A stretch of 63,478 bases of DNA, counting the filler, from an uncultured Synergistales bacterium (GTDB taxonomy: Bacteria > Synergistota > Synergistia > Synergistales > Aminobacteriaceae), in the NCBI GenBank assembly GCA_937897575.1. It is 4 parts of 4 records of this genome, joined end to end, with 100 filler letters (N's around TTAATTAATTAA, not from the genome) between each part and the next. Parts side by side here need not be neighbours in the genome. Positions count along the whole stretch, not along the records: positions 32,605 to 51,566 come from CALCQG010000025.1; 3 more parts are not named here. One strand, given 5' to 3'. The notes beneath the pieces were generated by a model, which ran no database searches, was not told the origin of the DNA, and saw only the letters and a program-made list of their open reading frames with translations. Below, in pieces: positions 39,692-49,428 of this stretch. The stretch's first letter is position 1, and each line of letters starts with the position of its first letter. Both the position numbers and the translations under genes were made by a program.

Positions 39692-41869
39692 CTATCGGAC
39701 GGGGCCGAGGTTGATCATCCGCGACCATCCGGCACCGTCGTTGTCGTTGACGATCCACATCTCCCCGTTCAGAACGCAGAGGCTTTCGACCTTCTCGAGG
39801 AAGTAGCCCTTCTCCGTCGCGATGTCGAAGACGAGTCTCTTCTCAAGGGACTTTTCGGGGGCGTAGGTGTCAACGGAGACGGAGTAGATCCGCTTCACCT
39901 TGGCCATTCCCCCGGCTCCCTTGTCCCGCTCCACAACAAGAAGCGTCTTGTCGTCAGCAAAGGCGATGTCCGAGAGCCCCATCCACAATGTCTTCGGATC
40001 TTTCGAATGGGATTCCAGAGGGTACCACGCGGCATCCCACTGTTTCGTGTCGATGGAGAAGCGGAGGATGGCCGCCTCGGATTTTGTCGCGTCAAAACCT
40101 CTCTGCATGGCCACATAAACCGTCTTGCCGTCGCCGGACACGGCGACACCCTCGAAGCCGTAGTTCTTCGGCTCGCCGTATTTGGTGATCATTTCGGCGG
40201 GGAGAGGGTGCTCTTCCCGTACCGCTCCGTCCAGCCCCGCGAAGATGAGCAGGTTCTCAGCCCCTGACTTGCCCTCGCTGGCAAGCCAGAACCCATCCTT
40301 TGTCCAGGATATCCCCTCCAGGTCGTAGGAGACCGGCTGGCCGTCCTTCGTCAGCGGGATTTCCCGGTCGATGATCACAACACCGCCGGCCGCTTCGGAT
40401 ACGTCCATCCGCCATATCCGGGACGGGCTCCACGCGTTGTCCGGCACGGTGTAGATGTATTCTCCGTCCGACGTGAACCCCGACAGAGCGCTCCAGGGGA
40501 TGTCCTGAGAGACTATCCTCGGCTCGTCTCCCGTCCCCGTCACGGAGAAGATGTTGATCGTCCCGTCCGCCTCGTTGGCGCTGACGATGAGTCCCACGCC
40601 GTCCTCTCTGTCCGGTACGGCGATGATGCCCTCGGGTGCCGTCCCCGTAGGCAATAGCTCCAGAAGTTCCGGGTTCCGAACGTCTCGGACGCGGTAGACG
40701 GCCAGGAAGGAGCCGCGCTCCGACGTCGCTATCAGGAGATCGTCTCCGAAGAATCGTCCGAAGGCGATCCCCTCCATCTCGAGGCCTCTCTTCTCGGAAC
40801 GGCCGTCAGGGTAGTGCCCCAAAGAGGCGGAAAGGGTGTCCAGGTCGAGCCCCGAATCCCAGAGAATGCCCCCGTCAAGGTCGCAGATGCTGATGCCCCG
40901 GCCGCCGGACCAGACGCCGTCTCCGAAGGTCTTCAGATCCGTGTCGCCCTCGTTTGCCATGGCGGCATAGACCGTTCCGCCGATCTCCATGTAGACCACG
41001 GAGTCAGGCTCGCGACGGCCCGTGAACTCGTCGACGAACGCGACATGCCCGTCCTTTCTGAGGTCGGCAAGCCGGTTGACAACGCCCGCGCTGGCCATCT
41101 TTCTGATTTTGGGGGCCGACGGGTCCGAAATGTCGATGAAGGCGACAGCGTTATTCTCCTGCAGACTTACGATCGCTTCCTTCTGATTCGGGTGAATTGC
41201 CACGAATTCGGGCTGAGGATCCTTCGGGAAGTTGACGCCTTCGACGGAGGTCATCACCTCAGGTGGGAAGAAAAGGGGTACGACGACGGACTTCGCGGGG
41301 TCGACTGCATCGACGGTGATCACGTCGACGCGCCCAGGCCGAGCGCCGTCGAGCGTCCCATCGCCCTCCTCGTTGGTCTCCTCGTCCTCGATGGCGACGA
41401 CGGCGACGATCGTTCCACCGTGATCGGCGACGGCGAGCGAGTCAGGGCCGACGCCGATGGCGATCTCGCCGAGGTACTTCGGGGACGTCCTGTCGGCGAC
41501 ATCGTAGACGATCAGACTGCCGGGCGCGGCCTTCTCTTTCGTGTCCCCGTTCCGGACGGTCACAAGCAGATACTTTCCATCCCGGCTCACGGCCGTTGAG
41601 GTTGGCTCGCCCTCACCGGTCGACAGCGCATCGAGGGCGACTGGTGAGGCTGGGTCCGTTATGTCGAGAACACCGACCTTTTTCCCTGAGGCGTTGGTGT
41701 AATACAGCGTCATGCCATCGGGGCTCGCCGCGACGATCTCGGCGACCTCGCCCTTCGGAACGGCATAGTGGGACTCCAGCTGAACGGCTGTGACTTCCGC
41801 CGCTGCAGGGAATGCCATGAATGAAAGAAGAAACACAAGAACGGCTGATCGAACGACCTGTCTGTTCAC
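39692..41869 (-). CDS. Exported beta-propeller protein: choice-of-anchor-I/alkaline-phosphatase-associated domain plus esterase-like phytase domain
   Basis: Signal peptide ending AAA-E; AEIVA, PEFVAI, SLQENN, ANEGD, YPDGRS..RG.E.EG and PEG motifs; C-terminal WSALSG, DLEGI, LASEG, NYGFEGVA, ERD and NDNDG. Confidence 0.75.
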   Translation of the reverse strand: MNRQVVRSAVLVFLLSFMAFPAAAEVTAVQLESHYAVPKGEVAEIVAASPDGMTLYYTNASGKKVGVLDITDPASPVALDALSTGEGEPTSTAVSRDGKYLLVTVRNGDTKEKAAPGSLIVYDVADRTSPKYLGEIAIGVGPDSLAVADHGGTIVAVVAIEDEETNEEGDGTLDGARPGRVDVITVDAVDPAKSVVVPLFFPPEVMTSVEGVNFPKDPQPEFVAIHPNQKEAIVSLQENNAVAFIDISDPSAPKIRKMASAGVVNRLADLRKDGHVAFVDEFTGRREPDSVVYMEIGGTVYAAMANEGDTDLKTFGDGVWSGGRGISICDLDGGILWDSGLDLDTLSASLGHYPDGRSEKRGLEMEGIAFGRFFGDDLLIATSERGSFLAVYRVRDVRNPELLELLPTGTAPEGIIAVPDREDGVGLIVSANEADGTINIFSVTGTGDEPRIVSQDIPWSALSGFTSDGEYIYTVPDNAWSPSRIWRMDVSEAAGGVVIIDREIPLTKDGQPVSYDLEGISWTKDGFWLASEGKSGAENLLIFAGLDGAVREEHPLPAEMITKYGEPKNYGFEGVAVSGDGKTVYVAMQRGFDATKSEAAILRFSIDTKQWDAAWYPLESHSKDPKTLWMGLSDIAFADDKTLLVVERDKGAGGMAKVKRIYSVSVDTYAPEKSLEKRLVFDIATEKGYFLEKVESLCVLNGEMWIVNDNDGAGWSRMINLGPVR

Positions 41870-42098
41870 GAAAACAGCTCCCTTCCATATGAGTGGATAG
41901 GGCCAGCATAGACGGACTCACTGAAGGATGGATTGATATTTTGTAAAAGAAGCGTAACGACCGGAGTCCCGTCTCTGTGACAAGTGCAGGACAGTGCGTC
42001 ACGATTCGGACAGGTAATCCTTACAGAAGGACCGAACAGCCGTTACACAGCGCCGCTACAATGCCCATGTGACAGATCAAAGAAAAAGGAGCGGGGAC

Positions 42099-43019
42099 AT
42101 GGCCGGATACATCGGAAGCAAAGTCGTCAAAGCCCTTATCACTCTGTGGTTGATCTTCACCGTGGCGTTCCTCGCCGCCAGAATCTCGGGCGACGCCATG
42201 GACTTCATCATGCCCGAGGGGATGAACGAGGAGGCGCGGGAGGCCATGACGTCCTATCTTGGCCTCGACAAGTCATGGCTCGAACAGTATTGGCTGTACG
42301 TGCGAAACGTCTTTCACGGAGACTTGGGGACCAGTTTCCACTTCAGGCAGCCCGTCATCGACCTCTATACCCAGCGTTTCATCCCGACGCTCACGCTGTG
42401 CGGTCTCGCCATGCTGCTGTCCATGGCCATATCGATCCCTCTCGGCGTGATCGCGGCGCTGAAGAAGAACAGGCCGGCGGGATTCCTCATCCAGTCCGCC
42501 GCCTTTCTCGGATATGCCGTGCCGAATTTTGTCCTCGCCATCCTCCTCATCCTCGTCTTCAGCTTCCATCTTGGATGGTTGCCGAGCAGCGGATCGGACA
42601 CGATGATGCACTACATCATGCCCGTCACCGCTTTAGCGTGCACCCTCATCGCCTCGCTGACCCGTTTTTCCAGAAGCGCCCTGCTCGATGTCCTGTCGCA
42701 GGATTACATTCGCACGGCGCGGGCGAAAGGCGTCGGAAATTTCTCCGTCCTCACGGTCCACGGTCTCAGGAACGCGATGATAACGATCGTAACGGTGCTG
42801 GGGCTCCAGGTCGCCGCCCTTGTATCGGGCTCCGTGGTGATCGAAAACGTGTTCTCATGGCCCGGCATCGGCGAACTTCTCGTCTTCGCCGCCATAAAGA
42901 GGGATTACCCCCTTCTTCAGACCGGAGTCATCCTCGTGGGAACCATCGTGATATTCATAAACTTCATCGTCGACGTCGTGTACGTCCTTATCGATCCAAG
43001 GATACAGCCAGGGTCGTAG
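42099..43019 (+). CDS. Peptide/nickel-type ABC permease (DppB-like)
   Basis: GLDKS..EQY, GDLGTS, PNF, DYIRTARAKG, ENVFSWPGIG and RDYP motifs. Confidence 0.92.
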   Translation: MAGYIGSKVVKALITLWLIFTVAFLAARISGDAMDFIMPEGMNEEAREAMTSYLGLDKSWLEQYWLYVRNVFHGDLGTSFHFRQPVIDLYTQRFIPTLTLCGLAMLLSMAISIPLGVIAALKKNRPAGFLIQSAAFLGYAVPNFVLAILLILVFSFHLGWLPSSGSDTMMHYIMPVTALACTLIASLTRFSRSALLDVLSQDYIRTARAKGVGNFSVLTVHGLRNAMITIVTVLGLQVAALVSGSVVIENVFSWPGIGELLVFAAIKRDYPLLQTGVILVGTIVIFINFIVDVVYVLIDPRIQPGS

Positions 43020-43034
43020 AGAGGAGAGAAGCAA

Positions 43035-43940
43035 ATGCCCGGGACCGAGATCATCGAACCCATCGCCATGCGTCCGGAGCAGTACCGGTCGCCCACCCAC
43101 CCCCTGTCCCTATGGGGAAAGACCACGCCTGTGACGAAGATATGCCTCCTTATCCTTCTTCTCTTGCTCCTTGCGGCCGCACTTGCCCCCGTCATAGCAC
43201 CGTTTTCACCCATGGAGCAGAAGCTGCTGTTCCGCCTGCGCCCGCCCATGGGCATGGAGCGGGCCGTGGAGGGGTATATCTTCGGAACCGACGAGCTGGG
43301 ACGAGATATTCTTTCACGCTGTCTCTTCGCTCTCAGGGTATCCATAGGTCTTGCCTTCATCGGCAGTCTCATCGGGGCCGTCGTGGGAGGAGCGCTGGGG
43401 TTGCTCTCCGGCCTTGGCGGTAAATGGACGGATTCGATGATCATGGGGCTGGTGGACGCCCAGATTGCCATCCCCTTCACGCTGGTGGCGGTTTTCATCG
43501 TCGCGGTGGCCGGTTCGGGCATCCCCGTCCTCGTCATGGTGCTCGGCATAGCGTACTGGGAGCAGTACGCCCGTCTGATCCGTGCCCAGACTCTCAGCGT
43601 CCGGACAAGCCTTTTCGTGACGGCGAGCCAGTCGATGGGGGCGAGCACCTCACGCATTGCGATGCGGCACATCCTGCCGAACATCGTCTCGCCGCTCGTC
43701 GTCATGTTCACCCTGAACTTCAGCAACATCATCCTGCTCGAGTCCACGCTGTCCTTCCTCGGCCTGGGCGTTCAACCGCCCACGGCCTCCCTCGGCTCCA
43801 TGATCGGGCAGGGGAGGAGTTACATGGCCGATGCATGGTGGCTCGTCGCCGTTCCATCCTTTTTCGTGATCCTTGTTGCACTGGTGATTTTGCTTCTCGG
43901 AGACTGGCTCCGAGAGGTGCTCGACGTACGAACACAATGA
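43035..43940 (+). CDS. ABC permease (DppC-like)
   Basis: FGTDELGRDILSR, RHILPN and ESTLSFLGLGVQPP motifs. Confidence 0.92.
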   Translation: MPGTEIIEPIAMRPEQYRSPTHPLSLWGKTTPVTKICLLILLLLLLAAALAPVIAPFSPMEQKLLFRLRPPMGMERAVEGYIFGTDELGRDILSRCLFALRVSIGLAFIGSLIGAVVGGALGLLSGLGGKWTDSMIMGLVDAQIAIPFTLVAVFIVAVAGSGIPVLVMVLGIAYWEQYARLIRAQTLSVRTSLFVTASQSMGASTSRIAMRHILPNIVSPLVVMFTLNFSNIILLESTLSFLGLGVQPPTASLGSMIGQGRSYMADAWWLVAVPSFFVILVALVILLLGDWLREVLDVRTQ

Positions 43941-45679
43941 CGAGGACGGTGGGTTTCATGGAAGAAGGACTTCGCATTAAACTGGTGGCTGATATTCATC
44001 ACGGCCGGAAGACTGAGACGAAGAGAGGCCCCTTTGCTCTCTCTCTTCTCGAAAACTTCGTGAAGGACGCAAACGCATGTGATGCCGACCTCGTCGTCGA
44101 CCTGGGGGACAGGATATCCGACGAAGGATGCGCGGGAGACCGGAGGCGGCAGAAGGATGTCGGCGCTCTCTTCGAAAAGCTGACGATGCCCCGCCGCCAC
44201 ATTCTCGGCAATCACGACGTGGTTCATCTCACTCCCCGCGAGAACGAGGAGATCCTCGGTTCTCCTCTCGCCATGCACAGCATCGACCTGAAAGGGTTCC
44301 ACCTCGTCTTCTGGAATGCGAACACGTACATCCCGAGGCCCTTCCCTTCTTCCGGCGCCCTGCGCTCCGACCTGGAGTGGCTGAGGGCGGACCTCGAGAA
44401 GAGCGATGCTCCCGCCGTGATCTTCACGCATTTCCCCCTGTACAAGCCGACCATGTGGGGCAACTACTACTTCGAGGACGCCATCGAGTACTCCTTCGAC
44501 GCGAATGCCGAGCGAATCCGGGAGATCATCACCTCCACGGGCAACGTGATCGCCTGCATCGCCGGACATGTCCACTGGAACTCATGGCACTCGGCCGACG
44601 ACATCGCCTTCATTACGCTGCAGTCCCTGACGGAAAGCTTCTGCACGCCGGGCGTTCCTTCGGCAGTATGGGGCACCGTCGAGCTCGGCGATTCCCTGTC
44701 TTTCTCGACGGTGGGACGACAGCCCATGCACCTTCAGCTGCCTCTGAGGCACTGCAAGAACCGCTGGATACGCGGCGACCTCCGCCTTCGGTCTCGCCAA
44801 ACCGCAGGCCTGACGCCCGCTGTGTGGGACCGATGGTCGAACTCGCCCATATCGGCCGCGCTCATCGACCTCGACGGCGTCGTATGGCGGGGAAACGTTC
44901 CCGTCGATGGCGCTCTGGAAGCGATCAAAACCCTGCAGGAGCATCAGATTCCCCTTCTGTTCGTGACGAACAACGCGCTTCTCACGCGCGAAGACTACGC
45001 GGAAAAATTGCGAGCCATGGGCATCCTCTGCACTCCGGACGACTTTTTGACGGCGGGGTACGCCGCTGCGCAGTGGCTCAGGAAGAGCGCCCCGCGAAGC
45101 GGTGCTTTTATTCTGGGCGGCCGGGCGCTCCGCGAGGAGTTTCGCGAGATGGGGATACGGGAGGACAGGGAAGGGGACTTCGTCGTGGCGGCTATGGACG
45201 AGGAGATAACCGGTAAGGACCTCATCGAGGCCGTCAGAGCCATCGAAGCCGGTGCCCGGCTTCTTGTGGTCAACCCCGATTTGAGAGTGCCCGTCGAGGA
45301 GGGGTACAGAGCCGACGGCGGCGCCCTCATGGCCTTTCTGGAGTCGACGACCGAACGGAGGTCCTCCGTCGTCGGAAAGCCGAGTAGGATTCTTTTCGAG
45401 GCCGCTCTGGAACGCTTGGGCGCTTCCTGCCAAAACGCGGTCATGATCGGTGATACGGAGGATACAGACATTGCAGGCGCTCAGTCCGCCGGTATCCGTG
45501 CCATCCGTATCACGAACGGAGAGGGCGAACGAACTATGGCGTGGAGGAGTTGCCGCGACCTGCAGGCGGCGATTGGCGTTCTTCTTGGCCATAACGCGCG
45601 GTGCGCCGACAAATCGACGGAGGAGGTGGTTTCAGGAACATCCGATACGACGAAATGTACGAGGCGCCGTGTTGATTAA
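43937..45679 (+). CDS. Fusion of calcineurin-like metallophosphoesterase and HAD-IIA (NagD-type) phosphatase
   Basis: N-half: DIH, GD, GNHD, H, GHVH. C-half: DLDGV, TNN, GKP, GD...D. ATGA overlap with the dppC-like gene (alternative start 43958). Confidence 0.85.
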   Translation: MTRTVGFMEEGLRIKLVADIHHGRKTETKRGPFALSLLENFVKDANACDADLVVDLGDRISDEGCAGDRRRQKDVGALFEKLTMPRRHILGNHDVVHLTPRENEEILGSPLAMHSIDLKGFHLVFWNANTYIPRPFPSSGALRSDLEWLRADLEKSDAPAVIFTHFPLYKPTMWGNYYFEDAIEYSFDANAERIREIITSTGNVIACIAGHVHWNSWHSADDIAFITLQSLTESFCTPGVPSAVWGTVELGDSLSFSTVGRQPMHLQLPLRHCKNRWIRGDLRLRSRQTAGLTPAVWDRWSNSPISAALIDLDGVVWRGNVPVDGALEAIKTLQEHQIPLLFVTNNALLTREDYAEKLRAMGILCTPDDFLTAGYAAAQWLRKSAPRSGAFILGGRALREEFREMGIREDREGDFVVAAMDEEITGKDLIEAVRAIEAGARLLVVNPDLRVPVEEGYRADGGALMAFLESTTERRSSVVGKPSRILFEAALERLGASCQNAVMIGDTEDTDIAGAQSAGIRAIRITNGEGERTMAWRSCRDLQAAIGVLLGHNARCADKSTEEVVSGTSDTTKCTRRRVD

Positions 45680-45712
45680 ACCGAAACGAGAGAGGGCGAG
45701 AGGAGGCTCACG

Positions 45713-47299
45713 ATGAAAGGAACGAAGAGGAAAGCGTTTTTCGCCGGAGTATGCACGGCGGCGATGATGGTTCTTTCGACTATGGCCGGGGCCGCTGAGA
45801 TCACCATTGGAGCGGCCAACATGCGCGAGTACGTGGACCCTGGCAGGGACCACTCCAACGTCGGGTCGATGCAGTACATCAACACCTTCAATACGCTCAT
45901 AGGAAAGGACCCGACGAAGATAGAGCCGGAGTTCAGGCCGGAGATCGCCGAGAGCTGGGAGATGGTTTCGCCGACGACGATGGAGCTGAAGCTACGAAAG
46001 GATGTGGTCTTCCACAACGGCGACCCCATGACCGCCGACGATGTGGTCTTCTCCCTGGAACGGGTGTTCCACCCCACCTATGCGCCCTATGTCAGCATAA
46101 GCAAGGAGTACTTCGACAACATGGACAGGGCCGAGAAGATAGACGATTACACGGTACGGGTGCACACCAAGAAGCCGGACCCCATCATCGTCACCCTTCT
46201 CAACGTCTCCGAGTCCATGATCGTGCCCGAGAAGTACATCAAGGGACTGACGGGCGACCCGGACGTGGCCGAGGACTCGGACTACGACGCCTTCGCTCTG
46301 GCTCCCGTCGGAACAGGCCCCTTCATGATCACCGAATTCATCGCCGGCCAGAAGCTCGTGTGGGAGCGTTTCGATGCATATTGGGGGGACAAACCCGACA
46401 TCGCGAAGGCGACGGTCACCAGGATCAACGAGATGGCGGCGCGCATCACCGCCCTCAAGAACGGAGAGGTGGACATCATAACCAACGTCCCGCCCGACCA
46501 GATCGCGACCATAGAACGGGACTCCAACCTCAAGGTCGAGGGGATGCAGACGCCCATTTTTCACCTCGTCTTCTTCAACACGAACAACCCGAAGATGGCG
46601 GACAAACGCTTCAGACAGGCCCTCGCACTCGGAATCGATCGGAATCTGCTCAACGAAGCGCTCTGGTACGGAAAGGCTCGCGTGCCCGAGTATCATACCT
46701 TTCCCCAGTTCGGCGAGCTCTATGACCCATCGTGGAGCACCATAGAGTACAACCCCGAGAAGGCCAAACGCCTTCTGCAGGAGGTCGGATACGACGGAAC
46801 GCCCCTGCGGTTCGATACATCGGCCACCTACTACACCAACGGCTTCCTTGCCGCTCAGGCGATCAAGGAGATGTGGGCCCAGATCGGCGTGACGGTCAAC
46901 CTGAACGTGGACGATCGATGGACCGGGTCGGATGGGGACATGGAGGTCAGAAACTGGTCCAACCCCCTCTACTTCCCGGACCCCGTCGGATCCTACGGCA
47001 CCATGTGGAGCCCTACGGGCGCCAGGATCACGGCCAACTCATGGACTCCGGCGAAGCCCGAAGGATACGCCAGCTATCAGGAGCTGTGGGACAAGTTCCG
47101 ATTCTCCATGGACATCAACGATCGGAAGAAATACTACAGGGAGATTATGGAGTACGTGGCCGACGAAGCCCCCTATAGCCTTCTGTATCAGCCGTACGAA
47201 TCCTACGGTCTGAGGAAGGACGTGAATTGGAAGCCTCTTCCCGGCCATATCCCCTACGTCCTCGATTTCCGGAAGGGCAACATCACCGTCAATCTATAG
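45713..47299 (+). CDS. Family 5 (DppA/OppA/AccA-type) ABC substrate-binding protein
   Basis: Signal peptide; AESWE, LRKDVVFHNG.P.TADDVVFS, PVGTGPF and YNPEKAKRLL motifs. Confidence 0.92.
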   Translation: MKGTKRKAFFAGVCTAAMMVLSTMAGAAEITIGAANMREYVDPGRDHSNVGSMQYINTFNTLIGKDPTKIEPEFRPEIAESWEMVSPTTMELKLRKDVVFHNGDPMTADDVVFSLERVFHPTYAPYVSISKEYFDNMDRAEKIDDYTVRVHTKKPDPIIVTLLNVSESMIVPEKYIKGLTGDPDVAEDSDYDAFALAPVGTGPFMITEFIAGQKLVWERFDAYWGDKPDIAKATVTRINEMAARITALKNGEVDIITNVPPDQIATIERDSNLKVEGMQTPIFHLVFFNTNNPKMADKRFRQALALGIDRNLLNEALWYGKARVPEYHTFPQFGELYDPSWSTIEYNPEKAKRLLQEVGYDGTPLRFDTSATYYTNGFLAAQAIKEMWAQIGVTVNLNVDDRWTGSDGDMEVRNWSNPLYFPDPVGSYGTMWSPTGARITANSWTPAKPEGYASYQELWDKFRFSMDINDRKKYYREIMEYVADEAPYSLLYQPYESYGLRKDVNWKPLPGHIPYVLDFRKGNITVNL

Positions 47300-47325
47300 A
47301 ACTTGCCTCGCGAGGAGGAGAGAGC

Positions 47326-48420
47326 ATGAACGACCACTTCAAAATATACGAGCATTCCCGCCAGCGCAATGTCCTGGATGTCCGGAACCTGAGCGTCGCG
47401 TTCACAGGGCGCAAGACGAAGAAAACCGTCCTGTCGGACGTCTCTTTCTCCATCCGTCCGGGCGAAACCGTCGCTCTGGTCGGGGAATCGGGGTCGGGCA
47501 AGTCCGTCACGGCGCTCTCTCTTCTTCGTCTCATCGAACGGAGCGGCGGGGTCATCTCGGGCGCCACGTACTTCACCGACAACGACGGACAGACGGTCGA
47601 TATTCTTGCCCAAGACGAGAAGGAGCTTCGCGCCATTCGAGGGAACAAAATATCCATGATCTTTCAGGAGCCCATGACCTCCCTCAATCCGGTCCTCTCC
47701 GTCGGATTCCAGATTACCGAGGCCATCCTGGCCCACAGGGACGTATCGGCCGAAGAGGCGAAGAGAGAGGCCATCGACCTGCTCCACAAGGTGGAGATAC
47801 CGGACCCTGAGCGGCGCTTCGGAGACTACCCCCAGCAGTTTTCCGGCGGCATGCGCCAGAGGGTGATGATCGCCATGGCCCTGGCGTGCAAGCCGTCCCT
47901 TCTGATAGCCGACGAACCGACCACGGCGCTGGACGTCACCACACAGGCGAGGATACTGGACATCATTCAGCGGCTGAAGGAGGAGATGAACATGGCCGTC
48001 CTGTTCATCACCCACGATCTCGGCATCGTCTCCGAGATCGCCGACAGGGTCATGGTCATGTACTGCGGATCGATCATAGAAAAGGCCGACACTCGAAACC
48101 TCTTCAATGCACCGTCTCACCCCTACACATCCGGCCTCATCCTCTCCATGCCCGCCGTGGGCAGCGCCAGAGGGAAGGGGGTTCCGCTGCCGGCCATTCC
48201 GGGCACTGTACCCGCCGTCTGGCAGGGTGCACGAGGCTGTACCTTCTCACCGCGATGTTCCTACGCCATCGAACGGTGCCGCCATGAAACTCCTCTTTTG
48301 CAGCGAAGAAATCCCCACTCCTTCGTAGAGGTCGCCTGCCATAGGGCGGCGGAGATACGCAGCATGCTGGGTTCCCTTCTTCCGTGGGTAGAGGCAGGCG
48401 AGCTCGGCATTACGGCCTGA
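47326..48420 (+). CDS. ABC ATP-binding protein (DppD-like)
   Basis: [40 protein letters not shown] and C-terminal Cys motif. Confidence 0.93.
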   Translation: MNDHFKIYEHSRQRNVLDVRNLSVAFTGRKTKKTVLSDVSFSIRPGETVALVGESGSGKSVTALSLLRLIERSGGVISGATYFTDNDGQTVDILAQDEKELRAIRGNKISMIFQEPMTSLNPVLSVGFQITEAILAHRDVSAEEAKREAIDLLHKVEIPDPERRFGDYPQQFSGGMRQRVMIAMALACKPSLLIADEPTTALDVTTQARILDIIQRLKEEMNMAVLFITHDLGIVSEIADRVMVMYCGSIIEKADTRNLFNAPSHPYTSGLILSMPAVGSARGKGVPLPAIPGTVPAVWQGARGCTFSPRCSYAIERCRHETPLLQRRNPHSFVEVACHRAAEIRSMLGSLLPWVEAGELGITA

Positions 48421-48435
48421 TTGTTTCGAACGATC

Positions 48436-49413
48436 ATGCCGGCGCTCATCGAAACGAACGGGATCACGAAGACATACGCCTCGAGGGGAGGTTTGTTCGA
48501 CCTCTTGAAGCAGAAAAAATATCTCCATGCGCTGTACAAGGTCTCGTTGAGCATCGAGAAGGGAGAGGTCCTCGGCCTTGTCGGCGAGTCCGGTTCCGGA
48601 AAGTCGACCTTCGGGCAGTGCCTCATGGGGTTGACGGAGACCGACGACGGCACGATACGGGTCGACGGAGGAGACGTCACGCACGCCACGGCCGATCAGG
48701 TCAGGGATATGCGGCGGAGATTCCAGATCATCTACCAGGACCCCTTCGCCTCCCTCTCGCCGCGGATGAATATCCGTGACATCATCTGCGAGCCCCTCGA
48801 CATCCACAGGGTGGGGACACAGAAGGAGCGGACGGCCCGTGCGGCGGAACTCATAGAGATCGTCGGCCTCAGAGCGGAGCATCTGCTCCGCTTCCCTCAT
48901 GAATTTTCAGGGGGGCAGAGGCAGCGTATCAGCATCGCGCGGGCCCTCGCCCTGAACCCCGAGTTCATTCTCGCCGATGAGGCCGTGTCGGCCCTTGACG
49001 TCTCGCTTCAGGCGCAGATCATCAACCTGCTCGTGGAGATGCAACGGCAGTTTTCTCTGACCATGCTCTTCATCACCCATGACCTATCCGTCGTGGAGTA
49101 TTTGTGCGACCGTGTCGCCGTGCTCTATATGGGACGGGTCGTCGAGGTGGGACGAACGAAAGACCTCTGCAGCAACCCTGCCCACCCCTACAGTCAGGTG
49201 CTTCTCTCCGCCATCCCCAACATTGACCCGAGGAGGAAGAAAAAACGCCTATTCATGAGGGGAGAGCGTTTCAGCCCCTATGAGCTTCCGGAGACGGGGT
49301 GCGTCTTTGCCAAACGCTGTCCGCAGGGCAGGCCGGAGTGCGCGGCGATCACTCCGAAGGAGCGGGTGCTGCCGGAGAGTGTAGACCACAGAGTCTCCTG
49401 CCATTTTGCGTGA
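48436..49413 (+). CDS. ABC ATP-binding protein (DppF-like)
   Basis: [25 protein letters not shown] and DEAVSALDVS motifs. Start is ATG 48436 or TTG 48421. Confidence 0.93.
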   Translation: MPALIETNGITKTYASRGGLFDLLKQKKYLHALYKVSLSIEKGEVLGLVGESGSGKSTFGQCLMGLTETDDGTIRVDGGDVTHATADQVRDMRRRFQIIYQDPFASLSPRMNIRDIICEPLDIHRVGTQKERTARAAELIEIVGLRAEHLLRFPHEFSGGQRQRISIARALALNPEFILADEAVSALDVSLQAQIINLLVEMQRQFSLTMLFITHDLSVVEYLCDRVAVLYMGRVVEVGRTKDLCSNPAHPYSQVLLSAIPNIDPRRKKKRLFMRGERFSPYELPETGCVFAKRCPQGRPECAAITPKERVLPESVDHRVSCHFA

Positions 49414-49428
49414 ATCTGGAAACCTGCG

